Origin: a virus
DNA length: 64,000 bases
Virus record (IMG/VR): IMGVR_UViG_3300006925_000010
Coordinates: 1 to 64,000 of that record
Strand: one strand, 5' to 3'
Each line of letters starts with the position of its first letter. Position 1 is the first letter of the stretch. Positions 46,705 through 56,814 of the stretch are shown in pieces. The notes under the pieces are model-generated. The model ran no database searches. It saw only the letters and a program-made list of their open reading frames with translations, and was not told the origin of the DNA. The position numbers were made by a program, and so were the translations under genes.

Positions 46705-49423
46705 AACTAGCGGAATTTCTCTTTCAGAAATAAATTCATTTTTAAGCAAAGGCAATAATATTAGTGCTTACTATGATGAATTTTATTTAGATACAAAAAG
46801 AAATACATCAAAAATATTTACACCAGATAGGCCTATTAATTTTGGAGCATTTGACAACCTTGATAAACTTCCAGACGCAGATGTAATACTTCCACTAGTT
46901 GAGTTAACCAGTCAAAGAGGTAGTGGTGATTACTTTAAGGGCGACGGTGCAGATATTACACTATCAGTTGTATTAAAAGCAAAGAAAAGTAGTGAGCCTC
47001 AACCAGTATTATCTTTTAGACCAGAACAAAGACCACAAAGTACAGTAATAAAATGGTACGAAACAACAGGTGGCGCATTTACAGAAATAACAAGTAACGT
47101 TACCCAAACTATGGCTCTCCCTACGTCTTGGAGGTTTAGTTTTGAATTTATGGGATTCGGCAGGAGTCCTAAGCAACCCGAATATGTATTTCGTTCAGTG
47201 TTAAAAATACCAAAAGACACCACAGGGACAAGAACATTTGTTGCTAGGGCAGAAGTATTCACATATAATATTGAGACCGACGAAGTGGCAGGTTCGGCAA
47301 TTACAACATTTGACCCATATAAGATTTCTATTCAAGAAGCAGGTGAACCAGTAGTAAAAGCAACAGTTAATATGCCAGGCACTAATACATCAGGAACAAT
47401 TATAACTTACACAGATGGTTCAGCAACGTCATATCCGGCACTAGGTGTAGGATTCAATTATACATTTAGTGAAGGTGAATCACCAGGCTATATAAAAACA
47501 GATAGATCGGAATCACATGTAAGTTATGTGTCATACAATGGCGGCGCATTTGTGGCTTCTACCGCTAATGGTGTTGGACCATATGGCCCGTTTCATCAGA
47601 GTCACGATCCTACTAGAAGTCCTAAAGAGTTTGGCTATTGGGTAAGAGCTCCTATCAAATATACTGTTCCGGGCGAGTATCGTTTCAAATTAATATCATC
47701 TGTAAGTAATACATTTACAAAACCAGACGGAACAACAGGTTATGTCATTACAGCAACAGATGAAGCCATTCACACAGCCACAATTGGAAGTAAAACAGTT
47801 GATAATGCCGTACCAACATTATTAGGTTGGACAATTAATGAAGATTCTATATCAGAGGATGGCGGAATAGCAACAGCAACATTATCTACACAACATGCTA
47901 TAGGAGAAGAGATAACACTTGCCGCTAGTGAAAACTTTGGAATTAATCTCAAAACATGGAAGGTGCAGAAAATAACTGCTAACTCAATGACATTTAAGTT
48001 CACGTCAAAGGCAAGGAATCACGGCGATAACAGAACATTAACATTATATGCTACACCTAAGGGCAACGACTGGGACGATACTACTAGGGTAAGTGATACT
48101 GTTACATTAACTAATTCCGGTGCACCTACACTATTGGATGGATATGGCATGAATGGTGTCAACTCAGTAAATGAAGGCAGTTCGTTTACTTACACATTAA
48201 AAGGTGTAAACTTTCAAGAAGAGGATTATACATGGACAACTACATTCCCAGCCGCGTCAGTGGTTAACACTAGCGGTTCGTTTTCAACTCCTTATGCAGG
48301 CAATTATTATACTGGTAATTATCACGGCACATTCACAGTTGATACGGTAGTAAGAACAGACCACTACGAAGATGTAACAGGTGGACAAATTAAGGTTTAT
48401 AGGAATGGCCAGTTATATACTCAAAGTGGTGCAAAACTAAAAATTAAAAACACAACAGCACAACCAGTGACATTACCGTCTTCATCTGGATTGGCTCCGA
48501 TAGTACATAACAAGATAACGAGAGATACACTCAACGAACCATGGTATGGATTAGGAGGTGTTAGTATTACACTTAATAAAGATAGTACATGGTCTTCCTC
48601 ATCCGGGCAAACAGGTACTTACGCAACACCGGCGCCATTAGAAGGTGACTGGATTCCAGTAATTTCGGAGGCTGGGCCTATAGCAAAAGCCATCTTCCAA
48701 GAAGATCAGATAATTAACATAAAACCTAGTGGCTACTTTGCCTTTACACAGCAATTTAGTCAGAGTAGTGCAACATTGAACGTTAGAGGAGTAGCGGCTC
48801 AAAGTATTATAGGCCATGGTAGTTGCACATTTACATACATTTTTAAAAATACAGTTTCAAAAGAAACAAGGACCGGAGGGGTACTTAATTTGTCCGTATT
48901 TGTACACGCAATACCTTCAAGACAAATTGGAGTTCAGGTAGTGAATAATTTTGAAGGGGAGCAACAAATCTACGGCGTTGACGTTGACCCAGAGATAGTT
49001 GAGGAAGTTCATCCGGCACGTGGCGGTCTAATTAGAGATTATTGTGGCAAGAATAATATAAAATGGGGGGCTTATCATGACGGCAATGGCGGTCATTATG
49101 CTCGTATTATAGAACGTAATTCAGTTGATTGTGGATATGTAAATCCATATACTGATAGTGGGATTAAGCCAACAGAAAGACATGAAGAATCAATTGATGT
49201 TACTACTCCAAGTTATGCCGCAGGTGGAACAGTTACTAACGAAGTTAACCAAAATATATATAATGCAAAACTTGCCGAAATTGACGAAGAAGCACGCCAG
49301 CAGGTGCTAGACTCCATTGCTAAGAACGGATTACCCGATTTAACTAACGTGTTAGCCGGCATAACAGTTGATATAAGCAAGATAAAGATCGATATAGGTA
49401 GCATAAACATAGGTAGTATATAA
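46691..49423 (+). CDS. Putative fibre-associated / receptor-binding protein
   Basis: N-terminal SG.ISLSEIN motif of the kind seen after S74 fibres; Thr-rich Ig-like segments (SVNEGSSFTYTL); AGGAG RBS. Confidence 0.5.
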   Translation: MPISKTSGISLSEINSFLSKGNNISAYYDEFYLDTKRNTSKIFTPDRPINFGAFDNLDKLPDADVILPLVELTSQRGSGDYFKGDGADITLSVVLKAKKSSEPQPVLSFRPEQRPQSTVIKWYETTGGAFTEITSNVTQTMALPTSWRFSFEFMGFGRSPKQPEYVFRSVLKIPKDTTGTRTFVARAEVFTYNIETDEVAGSAITTFDPYKISIQEAGEPVVKATVNMPGTNTSGTIITYTDGSATSYPALGVGFNYTFSEGESPGYIKTDRSESHVSYVSYNGGAFVASTANGVGPYGPFHQSHDPTRSPKEFGYWVRAPIKYTVPGEYRFKLISSVSNTFTKPDGTTGYVITATDEAIHTATIGSKTVDNAVPTLLGWTINEDSISEDGGIATATLSTQHAIGEEITLAASENFGINLKTWKVQKITANSMTFKFTSKARNHGDNRTLTLYATPKGNDWDDTTRVSDTVTLTNSGAPTLLDGYGMNGVNSVNEGSSFTYTLKGVNFQEEDYTWTTTFPAASVVNTSGSFSTPYAGNYYTGNYHGTFTVDTVVRTDHYEDVTGGQIKVYRNGQLYTQSGAKLKIKNTTAQPVTLPSSSGLAPIVHNKITRDTLNEPWYGLGGVSITLNKDSTWSSSSGQTGTYATPAPLEGDWIPVISEAGPIAKAIFQEDQIINIKPSGYFAFTQQFSQSSATLNVRGVAAQSIIGHGSCTFTYIFKNTVSKETRTGGVLNLSVFVHAIPSRQIGVQVVNNFEGEQQIYGVDVDPEIVEEVHPARGGLIRDYCGKNNIKWGAYHDGNGGHYARIIERNSVDCGYVNPYTDSGIKPTERHEESIDVTTPSYAAGGTVTNEVNQNIYNAKLAEIDEEARQQVLDSIAKNGLPDLTNVLAGITVDISKIKIDIGSINIGSI

Positions 49424-49495
49424 TAAATATGTGCGTAGTTAATAAAGATGATAAATAACAATAATGAAAAACAATTTTAATGAGAGTAGACTATA

Positions 49496-52195
49496 ATGTC
49501 ATATGATATAACAAATACAGACGGTACGTTAAGTTATTCCGTTGCTGACAACCAGGTAAACACTAGTCAGTTTTCACTTGCATTAGTAGGACGTAATACA
49601 GCAAATTATGGACAATACTTTGCTCAAAATACCATTAGGCATTTAGAAAATTTTGCTGGTATTTCTGCACCTACTCCAGGTACTAAACTGATAGGTCAAC
49701 TATGGTTTGACAAAGGCGAAGATATACTTAGAGTATGGGACGGCACAAACTGGAAACGTGCAGGCGTTGTAGTAGGAAACACAAGACCAACAGACGGTGA
49801 AGGCTCAGGTACACAATTCTTTAACTTGGGTACAGAAAAATTAGAAATACACAACGGCACAGCCTTTGTAGAAGCAAACTACCCAGGAGAAGTAACAACA
49901 GACTATTCCTCAGATGCAACTAATGGTTCACCAGCACATTATGGTGCAAGACTAAGAACATTATTTTTAAAAGATTCCAACGGTAAGACATTACCAGTAT
50001 TAGCATTAGTATATACTAAATCAGGCTCAACTGGTAACGCAGGTACAACAACAGTAAACGGGCAGAAAGAAACAATAATGACATTGTTCTCTGATCATCC
50101 TTCGTTTACGATAGCAAACCCAACAGCAACAGCAGTTGGTACAGAAACAATTGATTACTATCCAGAACTTACAGGTACTGGTGGTATTGCATCAGCAAGA
50201 ACAGGTAGATCAGCAGGTGTTATATTACCTGGATCTAATCAACGTGCTGAATACGAAGCGTCTCAAACAGCAAACTTCTCAACATTATATGCAACATCAA
50301 TTGGTGATGCATCTAATCCAGTTTCATCTGGACATGTTGATACATTAACAGTTAATACCCAATTAAATATTCCAGGTGCGGCCGCTGTAACCGGCGACTT
50401 AACTGTAGGCGGAAGTATAGGTGTAACAGGCGATGTTACAGGTACAACAAGTACAGCCACATTTGCAAACATTGTTGTTACAGCAGGTTCTATATTAAGT
50501 GGTGATACAACAATCAATGGTAACCTAACACTTAATGGTGTTAACACACAGACGTTAGGTACTGATGCACAAAAAGTAGAAACTATATTTGGTAACGCAA
50601 TTGATACACAAAGTTTAACAGTAGATGGTACAGCCACTATTGCTACACTAAATTCAACATCAATGACCGTATCAAGTTTAGCAACACTAACAAGTGCAAC
50701 CATTTCAGGAACAACCACATTAAATGGCGCAGTCAACTTAGGTGATGATAGTGCAGACTCTATTACAGTTAACGGTACAACATCGTTTGTGGGTGCAACC
50801 ACATTTAACAGTGATATAGTATTAAGTTCAGGAACAGACTTAACTATCAGTAACGGTCAATTAATACTAGCAGGTTCAAGTAGTATCACTGGTGCGGCAT
50901 CAAACATATTAATTGATAATCAGGGTTCATTAAACAATCCTAGATTTATTACATTTGTAAATGGTTCTACTGATGATACACAATATAAATTAGAGAATGA
51001 CGCAGGTCTTTCATATGTTCCTCAAACAAATACATTATCTACCACAGCAATTACGGCATCGGGAACATTAACGTTCGGTACGTTAAGTGACGGCTCATTA
51101 TCAGTAACTGCTTTTATTGACGATGATTCAATGGCAACAGCAAGTGCTACAACATTAGCATCATCAGAATCTATTAAAGCATACGTTGATGCACAAGTAA
51201 CAGCATCAGATGACGACTTAACTATATCAGGCGATTCTGGTTCAGGAACAATTAATTTAGATACCGAAACATTAGGAATTAAAACAGGTGCTGGTTTAAC
51301 ATCGGCGGTGTCTGGTAACGATGCAACTATCACTTTAAATACAACATTAACTGGCATGTCTAGTATTACTTCATCTGCGTTAGTAGGTGATTTAACAGGT
51401 GACGTTACAAGTTCAGGAACAAGTAGTTTTAATAATGTTACTTTATCAGGCTTACTAACTGGTATCTCTACAAAAGCACAACAGATTAATTTAACAGCAG
51501 AAAATAGTTCCGGATCACAACATTCTATATTATTTAGTCCAGGTGCAACAGGTTACGAAGCAATCAAAACTGACACTGGATTGTATTACACACCTAGCAC
51601 AAATACACTTACAGCAAGTGTATTTGATGGTACAGCAGACGTTAGCACTAAGCAAACATTAACTGCTACTAATACATCAACTTCAACACATTACCCATTA
51701 TTTGCAGATGCGGCAACAGGTGACGAAGACGTTAGAACTGATACAGGGTATACCTATGTTCCAACATCAGGAACATTAACAGCAACCATATTTAACGGTG
51801 AAGCAGTAACGGCTCGTTATGCGGATTTGGCTGAGATATATTCAGCAGATGCAGACTACGAAGCAGGCACAGTTGTGAAACTGGGCGGCAGTGAAGAAAT
51901 TACAATGACACTATCACACAACGACACTGAAGTATTTGGTGTCATCTCAACTAATCCTGCATACTTGATGAACAAAGATGCAGAGGGTTTACCAGTTGCA
52001 TTAACAGGTCGTGTACCAGTTAAGGTAATTGGACCAGTAAGCAAAGGCGACAGGCTGGTATCAAGTGATGTTCCAGGTGTTGCAAGAAGTATTGGTAACG
52101 ATACATACGATGCTAGAGCAGTTATAGGCCGTGCATTACAAAACAAACAAAATAGCGACGATGGCGTTATAGAAGCAGTCATCGGTGTAAAATAG
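49496..52195 (+). CDS. Tail fibre protein with C-terminal peptidase G2-type autocleavage domain
   Basis: N-terminus paralogous to the 44362 gene; C-terminal ARYADLAEIY...GTVV..GG..EIT...VFGVISTNPAYLMN...VALTGRVPVKV.G. Confidence 0.85.
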   Translation: MSYDITNTDGTLSYSVADNQVNTSQFSLALVGRNTANYGQYFAQNTIRHLENFAGISAPTPGTKLIGQLWFDKGEDILRVWDGTNWKRAGVVVGNTRPTDGEGSGTQFFNLGTEKLEIHNGTAFVEANYPGEVTTDYSSDATNGSPAHYGARLRTLFLKDSNGKTLPVLALVYTKSGSTGNAGTTTVNGQKETIMTLFSDHPSFTIANPTATAVGTETIDYYPELTGTGGIASARTGRSAGVILPGSNQRAEYEASQTANFSTLYATSIGDASNPVSSGHVDTLTVNTQLNIPGAAAVTGDLTVGGSIGVTGDVTGTTSTATFANIVVTAGSILSGDTTINGNLTLNGVNTQTLGTDAQKVETIFGNAIDTQSLTVDGTATIATLNSTSMTVSSLATLTSATISGTTTLNGAVNLGDDSADSITVNGTTSFVGATTFNSDIVLSSGTDLTISNGQLILAGSSSITGAASNILIDNQGSLNNPRFITFVNGSTDDTQYKLENDAGLSYVPQTNTLSTTAITASGTLTFGTLSDGSLSVTAFIDDDSMATASATTLASSESIKAYVDAQVTASDDDLTISGDSGSGTINLDTETLGIKTGAGLTSAVSGNDATITLNTTLTGMSSITSSALVGDLTGDVTSSGTSSFNNVTLSGLLTGISTKAQQINLTAENSSGSQHSILFSPGATGYEAIKTDTGLYYTPSTNTLTASVFDGTADVSTKQTLTATNTSTSTHYPLFADAATGDEDVRTDTGYTYVPTSGTLTATIFNGEAVTARYADLAEIYSADADYEAGTVVKLGGSEEITMTLSHNDTEVFGVISTNPAYLMNKDAEGLPVALTGRVPVKVIGPVSKGDRLVSSDVPGVARSIGNDTYDARAVIGRALQNKQNSDDGVIEAVIGVK

Positions 52196-52226
52196 GTAAA
52201 TAGTAGTATAAATTAGGAGTTAACAA

Positions 52227-53192
52227 ATGGCATCAGGATCAAGTTATACAGTATCAGGCGGAACTACAATGACAGGAGTCGTTGCAGGAGACGTTATCGA
52301 TGATGCAGATTTCAATAATGCTAGAACAAACATTAATACATTAATGGGCAATGCCGCAGACGTTACAACAGGAACATTTACTGCATCAAGTACATACGGA
52401 TGGGGTCAAGGTGGTGCAGGTGTTAGTGCCGCGTCAGCCGGTAGCACAGTTCAAGATACAGGTGCTGGTGGTTTTAAAGACTTACAGGACGATGTGCAGG
52501 CAATGTGTGCATTTTTAGGAATTACTGTTAGAGCAAATGTTGGAACTGACGTAACAACATCAACAACAATTAATGCAACAACTTGGACTAACTTGATGTT
52601 AAACGTACAAGATTGTTGGAATGGCAGATTTTCACCTAGTTCACGAACTATCTCAACAGATGCAAGTAAAACTTTTACTAGTTCATGGACTGGCACATTA
52701 AACCAAGAAACATCATGGACATTTGCAAATGAAGCCTCTACTAGAGCATTCTTTAATGGTGGTGGTAGATTAGGTGTTTCAGGTTCATATACAGGTTCAT
52801 CAGGTGATCAGTTTACAGCACATGCAAACAGAATGAGTGGCATGGGCGATTTTTATATGGGACATGATAACATATCGGCAAGTGCCGGTACTAGTCAAGG
52901 CAAAGGTTTCTATGAATTAACAACATCATATGCAGAACTTTGGTCATACTACGGTGCAAGTTCACCTTACTCAAATGACTATATTAAAGTTTTTGGTAAG
53001 GTAAATTCAACAACTAATCCAACTGTAGTAACATTAAAAACAACATTAGTTGACGCAACAGATAACGTTATCGACGCCGCGGCAACAGGTACACTAACTC
53101 TTAACTGTAGAAGACATCAACCAGATGCAAGTGGTTCAGGGTTTAGTTTTGCAGTACCAACAGACAGCATGGGCAATATTACAGGCTCATAA
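52227..53192 (+). CDS. Virion structural protein (tail/fibre-associated)
   Basis: G..I...DFN, YGWGQ, F.......FFN.GG motifs; Thr/Ser/Gly-rich; TAAATA and AGGAG upstream. Confidence 0.6.
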   Translation: MASGSSYTVSGGTTMTGVVAGDVIDDADFNNARTNINTLMGNAADVTTGTFTASSTYGWGQGGAGVSAASAGSTVQDTGAGGFKDLQDDVQAMCAFLGITVRANVGTDVTTSTTINATTWTNLMLNVQDCWNGRFSPSSRTISTDASKTFTSSWTGTLNQETSWTFANEASTRAFFNGGGRLGVSGSYTGSSGDQFTAHANRMSGMGDFYMGHDNISASAGTSQGKGFYELTTSYAELWSYYGASSPYSNDYIKVFGKVNSTTNPTVVTLKTTLVDATDNVIDAAATGTLTLNCRRHQPDASGSGFSFAVPTDSMGNITGS

Positions 53193-53209
53193 TAAGAAAC
53201 ATTCTTATT

Positions 53210-53240
53210 AAAAAGCCAGTTCTAGTAACTGGCTTTTTTT
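53210..53240 (+). terminator. Rho-independent terminator (possibly bidirectional)
   Basis: AAAAAGCCAGTT-CTAGT-AACTGGCTTTTTTT. Confidence 0.85.
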
Positions 53241-53290
53241 ATGGCTATAAATAATATCTGTATAACACATTTAGTTGTGCAAGGAAATAT

Positions 53291-53710
53291 ATGAATATAT
53301 TAAATCACATTACTAATAACTTGAAAACAGTTTTAGTGGATAGATGGAAAGACTTCAGCGGAAGAAGTAATAGACCAGAGTATTGGTTCTTTAGTTTGTA
53401 TGCATCAATTATAATGTTTGTGCTTATGGGTATAGACAACTTAATTGGTTTTACATTCTGGAATTGGATTGACCCTTTTGGATCACCTAACACAGGTATC
53501 CTTGGAGCAATCTTTTTATTAGGAACACTTCCAGCAAGTTTGGCTGTAACAGCCAGAAGGCTACATGACAGAGGTCATAGTGCATGGTGGATTATCGGAT
53601 TATTTGTTCCAGGATTAAACTTTATTGTTTTTTACTGGTTAGTAAGAGCGGCTAAAGATACACCTGAAGCAAAGAAATATGTAAACCCTTACGGTAAATT
53701 ACCTAAGTAA
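53291..53710 (+). CDS. DUF805 (YhaH-like) inner membrane protein
   Basis: FSGRS.R.EYW.F...LAV..RRLHD.G.S.WW...N.YG signature; TATAAATA at 53246. Confidence 0.9.
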   Translation: MNILNHITNNLKTVLVDRWKDFSGRSNRPEYWFFSLYASIIMFVLMGIDNLIGFTFWNWIDPFGSPNTGILGAIFLLGTLPASLAVTARRLHDRGHSAWWIIGLFVPGLNFIVFYWLVRAAKDTPEAKKYVNPYGKLPK

Positions 53711-53729
53711 GTTTTCATAACGCATTAGA

Positions 53730-53756
53730 GGCCAGTTATAAATACTGGCTTTTTTT
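53730..53756 (+). terminator. Rho-independent terminator with TATAAATA in its loop
   Basis: GCCAGT-TATAAAT-ACTGGC-TTTTTTT. Confidence 0.8.
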
Positions 53757-53795
53757 GTGACTTATAAATAGTACTATATACATACAGGATCATAT

Positions 53796-54167
53796 ATGGC
53801 GGCTAAACTACAGACAGCATTAGAGTTTTCTAACTACAGACAGACACTAAACAACCAAAAAGAAGTATTAAAAGCAAAAACAGAAAGTTTGCTAAGTTAT
53901 AGTATTAATGGTGGTACATTTACTATTGATCGAGAACTTATTACTTTTGTCAAAGTTTTAATTGACGATAAGCACACTGATGCTATACTATTAGATATTT
54001 ACAATCATCCTATTGCAATAGACTTACAAAACTTTTACGGTGAAATAATGAGTAGATATTTTGAAGTAACCAATGACTATTATGTAGAGTATGAAAACAT
54101 AAGAAAAGCAAGGAAAGTATCTTCTGTATTAGACTTAAATAATCCAGGAAGTGATAGTGGCGAATAG
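53796..54167 (+). CDS. Hypothetical phage protein
   Basis: AL.FSNYRQTL...GG.F.I..ELI.F; TATAAATA at 53763 and AGGA RBS. Confidence 0.7.
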   Translation: MAAKLQTALEFSNYRQTLNNQKEVLKAKTESLLSYSINGGTFTIDRELITFVKVLIDDKHTDAILLDIYNHPIAIDLQNFYGEIMSRYFEVTNDYYVEYENIRKARKVSSVLDLNNPGSDSGE

Positions 54168-55116
54168 CAGTCGTGGGGTAATAATGTTTGCCCACAACAA
54201 TACAGAGATAGACTACATAAAGTTAGCATACGTTAACAGCCTGCTAATACAAAAGCATATGGGCTTAGATAGAACACAGATTACTGTAGTTACTGATCCT
54301 CATAGCCTCGAACACGGTAAAAAAACAATTGGTATTAGAAAAATGCAACAAGCATTTAAGAATACCGTTGTAGTAGAAAAAGACATAAAGTTTAAACAGA
54401 GTAATGTTAGAACATACAAAGACACCAGTCACACAGCAAAGCAATTACAGTTTTACAACGTTAATCGTTGTGATGCATACGATATATCACCGTACGACGA
54501 AACGTTGCTTATAGACGTTGATTATATTATACAAAGCGATTCTCTTAATCAAGTATGGGGTCATAACAACGAACTTATGATGAATTGGGAGTTCCAGGAT
54601 ATACTTAATGATAGAAAGTTTCCTGCATTAGATAGACTAGGCCCTACTGGTATAACAATGTATTGGGCTACAGTAGTTTACTTTAAAAAGTCCTCATACG
54701 CAGAAACGTTTTTTAACTTTGTTAAACATGTTAAAAATAACAAAGAATACTACGGTGACTTGTACAGATGGTATGGCACGTTATACAGAAACGATTATAG
54801 TTTTAGTATTGCGGCACACATGATAAGTGGCTATCAAGACAAAGGTGTACCCCAACTACCTCACAAATTATATAAAACGTTTGATACAGACGATGTCGAG
54901 GAAGCCATCAGCGACAATGATTTATTACTGTATCTAGAGAAAGTTAGAAGTCCAGGAGACTTTATTCTTGCAAGATGGAAAGGAGTTGACTTACATATAA
55001 TGAACAAGTGGGCTCTAAATAGAATAAGCGAAACAATGATAAAACACTTAATTACTGCAAAAAGACCTGCTAAGAAAATAGCAAAAGAAGTAGAGATAGA
55101 ACATGTGGATGCATGA
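54151..55116 (+). CDS. Glycosyltransferase-like protein (GT-A fold, DxD)
   Basis: SPYDETLLIDVDY, WATVVYFKK, RNDYSFSIA; paralog of the 55951 gene. Exact start uncertain. Confidence 0.65.
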   Translation: MIVANSSRGVIMFAHNNTEIDYIKLAYVNSLLIQKHMGLDRTQITVVTDPHSLEHGKKTIGIRKMQQAFKNTVVVEKDIKFKQSNVRTYKDTSHTAKQLQFYNVNRCDAYDISPYDETLLIDVDYIIQSDSLNQVWGHNNELMMNWEFQDILNDRKFPALDRLGPTGITMYWATVVYFKKSSYAETFFNFVKHVKNNKEYYGDLYRWYGTLYRNDYSFSIAAHMISGYQDKGVPQLPHKLYKTFDTDDVEEAISDNDLLLYLEKVRSPGDFILARWKGVDLHIMNKWALNRISETMIKHLITAKRPAKKIAKEVEIEHVDA

Positions 55117-55246
55117 TTGTGCTGTTGGCGGACCGACAGCAACAGAGTCTGACCAACCTTGCAATTGGTGTAATATCACGCAAGAAGACATTATGGATAA
55201 GGAAATAAACACAAACCACGATACACTGGAACCCGTAGATGAGTAA
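55103..55246 (+). CDS. Small Cys/His protein (47 aa)
   Basis: MWMHDCAVGGPTATESDQPCNWCNITQED...; fills the gap with overlapping start and stop codons. Confidence 0.5.
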   Translation: MWMHDCAVGGPTATESDQPCNWCNITQEDIMDKEINTNHDTLEPVDE

Positions 55247-55418
55247 GTCAAAGGCACCAGAACTAGGAGATATGATAGAACATATCTGTGCCCTTAACGG
55301 TAAGTTTGAGGGCAAGGTTGTACAACTATTAGCAATGCAATTTGTTTACGAAACCAAAGAAGGTAATCGTAGATTTTGTTTGTTTAAAGAACAATGGAAA
55401 AAGTTAGATGAAGACTAG
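55239..55418 (+). CDS. Small hypothetical protein (59 aa)
   Basis: MSKSKAPELGDMIEHICALNGKFEGKVVQLLAMQFVYETKEGNRRFCLFKEQWKKLDED; overlaps both neighbours. Confidence 0.55.
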   Translation: MSKSKAPELGDMIEHICALNGKFEGKVVQLLAMQFVYETKEGNRRFCLFKEQWKKLDED

Positions 55419-55860
55419 GTATTACATACTCGCAGGTATAGTTTACACATTGGTTGTAGGCTTTGTTGTGAATGCTGTAACCTACAGAGTGACATACGAA
55501 GAAGTTAAGGAAAAATGCTTAGTAGACGGCTGTATATCTGTATATGAATACACAGGCGAAGTAGGTGGTGAGGAGTGGGAAGAACTAATTCTCATTGCCG
55601 AAGAGGCTGAAGAAGAAGCAGAAATGTGGAAGGCAGATGCCGACGCAAAATGGGAAAGTGACGAGAATCCATACTACAACACAGCATCTGATCAATCTGA
55701 TGCCGCAATATATGTTAATATGTTTATGATGTTAGCAGACCCTATAAACTGGTTGTTCACATTTATAATTGCTACATTTATAGCAGGATTCTACTTAGCA
55801 TTTTATAGTTGTAAACTTGCTATAGAAAGATATTTTAGGGGAGACCATGGGGAAGATTAG
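55408..55860 (+). CDS. Hypothetical membrane protein
   Basis: N- and C-terminal hydrophobic helices around an acidic loop. Confidence 0.65.
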   Translation: MKTRYYILAGIVYTLVVGFVVNAVTYRVTYEEVKEKCLVDGCISVYEYTGEVGGEEWEELILIAEEAEEEAEMWKADADAKWESDENPYYNTASDQSDAAIYVNMFMMLADPINWLFTFIIATFIAGFYLAFYSCKLAIERYFRGDHGED

Positions 55861-55951
55861 ACAATGGATCGGTCGTTGGTTTGATTATCACTTAGAAAGA
55901 AGTATGCAACGACATGCAAATAAGCAATGGAAAAATAGGAAAAAGCAGTAA
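55847..55951 (+). CDS. Small basic peptide (34 aa)
   Basis: MGKIRQWIGRWFDYHLERSMQRHANKQWKNRKKQ; AGGGGAG RBS; TAATG coupling to the next gene. Confidence 0.55.
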   Translation: MGKIRQWIGRWFDYHLERSMQRHANKQWKNRKKQ

Positions 55952-56814
55952 TGAGCAGAGGTTATATAGTTATAGCACAGAACAATAGCACGACTGATTA
56001 TCTAAAGCAGGCGTATGCATTAGCTCTGAATTTAAAAGCAACACAGACGACTGTAAGCAGTCTAACAGTATGTGTTGACCCTGCTACTAGAGACATGATT
56101 AAACCTAAACATACTAAAGTTTTTGATAACATAGTAGACATTCCTTGGGCAGACGATGCCGAAAACGACGAATGGAAAATTAATAATAAGTGGAAATACT
56201 ATTACATGACTCCGTATGATGAGACAGTAATACTTGATACTGATATGCTATTTCCTACAGATGTAAGTCATTGGTGGGATATTATGTCACAACGTGATGT
56301 TTGGGCAACAACAAAAGTTAGAACATATAGGGGCGAAGTAGTAAACAGCGATTACTACAGAAAATATTTTGTTGCAAATGATTTACCTAATGTTTATACA
56401 GCATTCTTTTATTTTAAACAAAGCGATCTAGCAAGTGAACTGTTTGCAATGACTGAGATTATATTTCAACATTGGCAAAGATTCTTCCATAGATACATGC
56501 CCAAAGGTAAACCAGACTGGTTGAGCGGCGATGTTGCATTTGCACTTGCTATACAATTACTAGACATTGAACAAGAATGTACAAGGGAAAACATAGATTC
56601 GGTTCCTACTTTTATACATATGAAAAGCCATATACAAGAAGTAAGAGGTGCCGCACTTAGTGAAACATGGACTGAGAGTTTACCAACATACTATAACGAT
56701 TGTAAGAACTTTAAGATAGGAAACTTTCAACAGCAATTACCGTTTCACTATGTTGAAAAAGAATGGTTAACTGATAAAATGATAAAGCAAATGGAGGATT
56801 CGTATGCCGGCTAA
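55951..56814 (+). CDS. Glycosyltransferase-like protein (GT-A fold, DxD)
   Basis: TPYDETVILDTDML, PNVYTAFFYFK, D.AFALA, F.HMK. Confidence 0.65.
   Translation: MSRGYIVIAQNNSTTDYLKQAYALALNLKATQTTVSSLTVCVDPATRDMIKPKHTKVFDNIVDIPWADDAENDEWKINNKWKYYYMTPYDETVILDTDMLFPTDVSHWWDIMSQRDVWATTKVRTYRGEVVNSDYYRKYFVANDLPNVYTAFFYFKQSDLASELFAMTEIIFQHWQRFFHRYMPKGKPDWLSGDVAFALAIQLLDIEQECTRENIDSVPTFIHMKSHIQEVRGAALSETWTESLPTYYNDCKNFKIGNFQQQLPFHYVEKEWLTDKMIKQMEDSYAG

Noticed and set aside
15652-52696. Numerous 60-180 aa minus-strand ORFs
   Set aside because: Shadow ORFs opposite long structural genes with biased codon usage.
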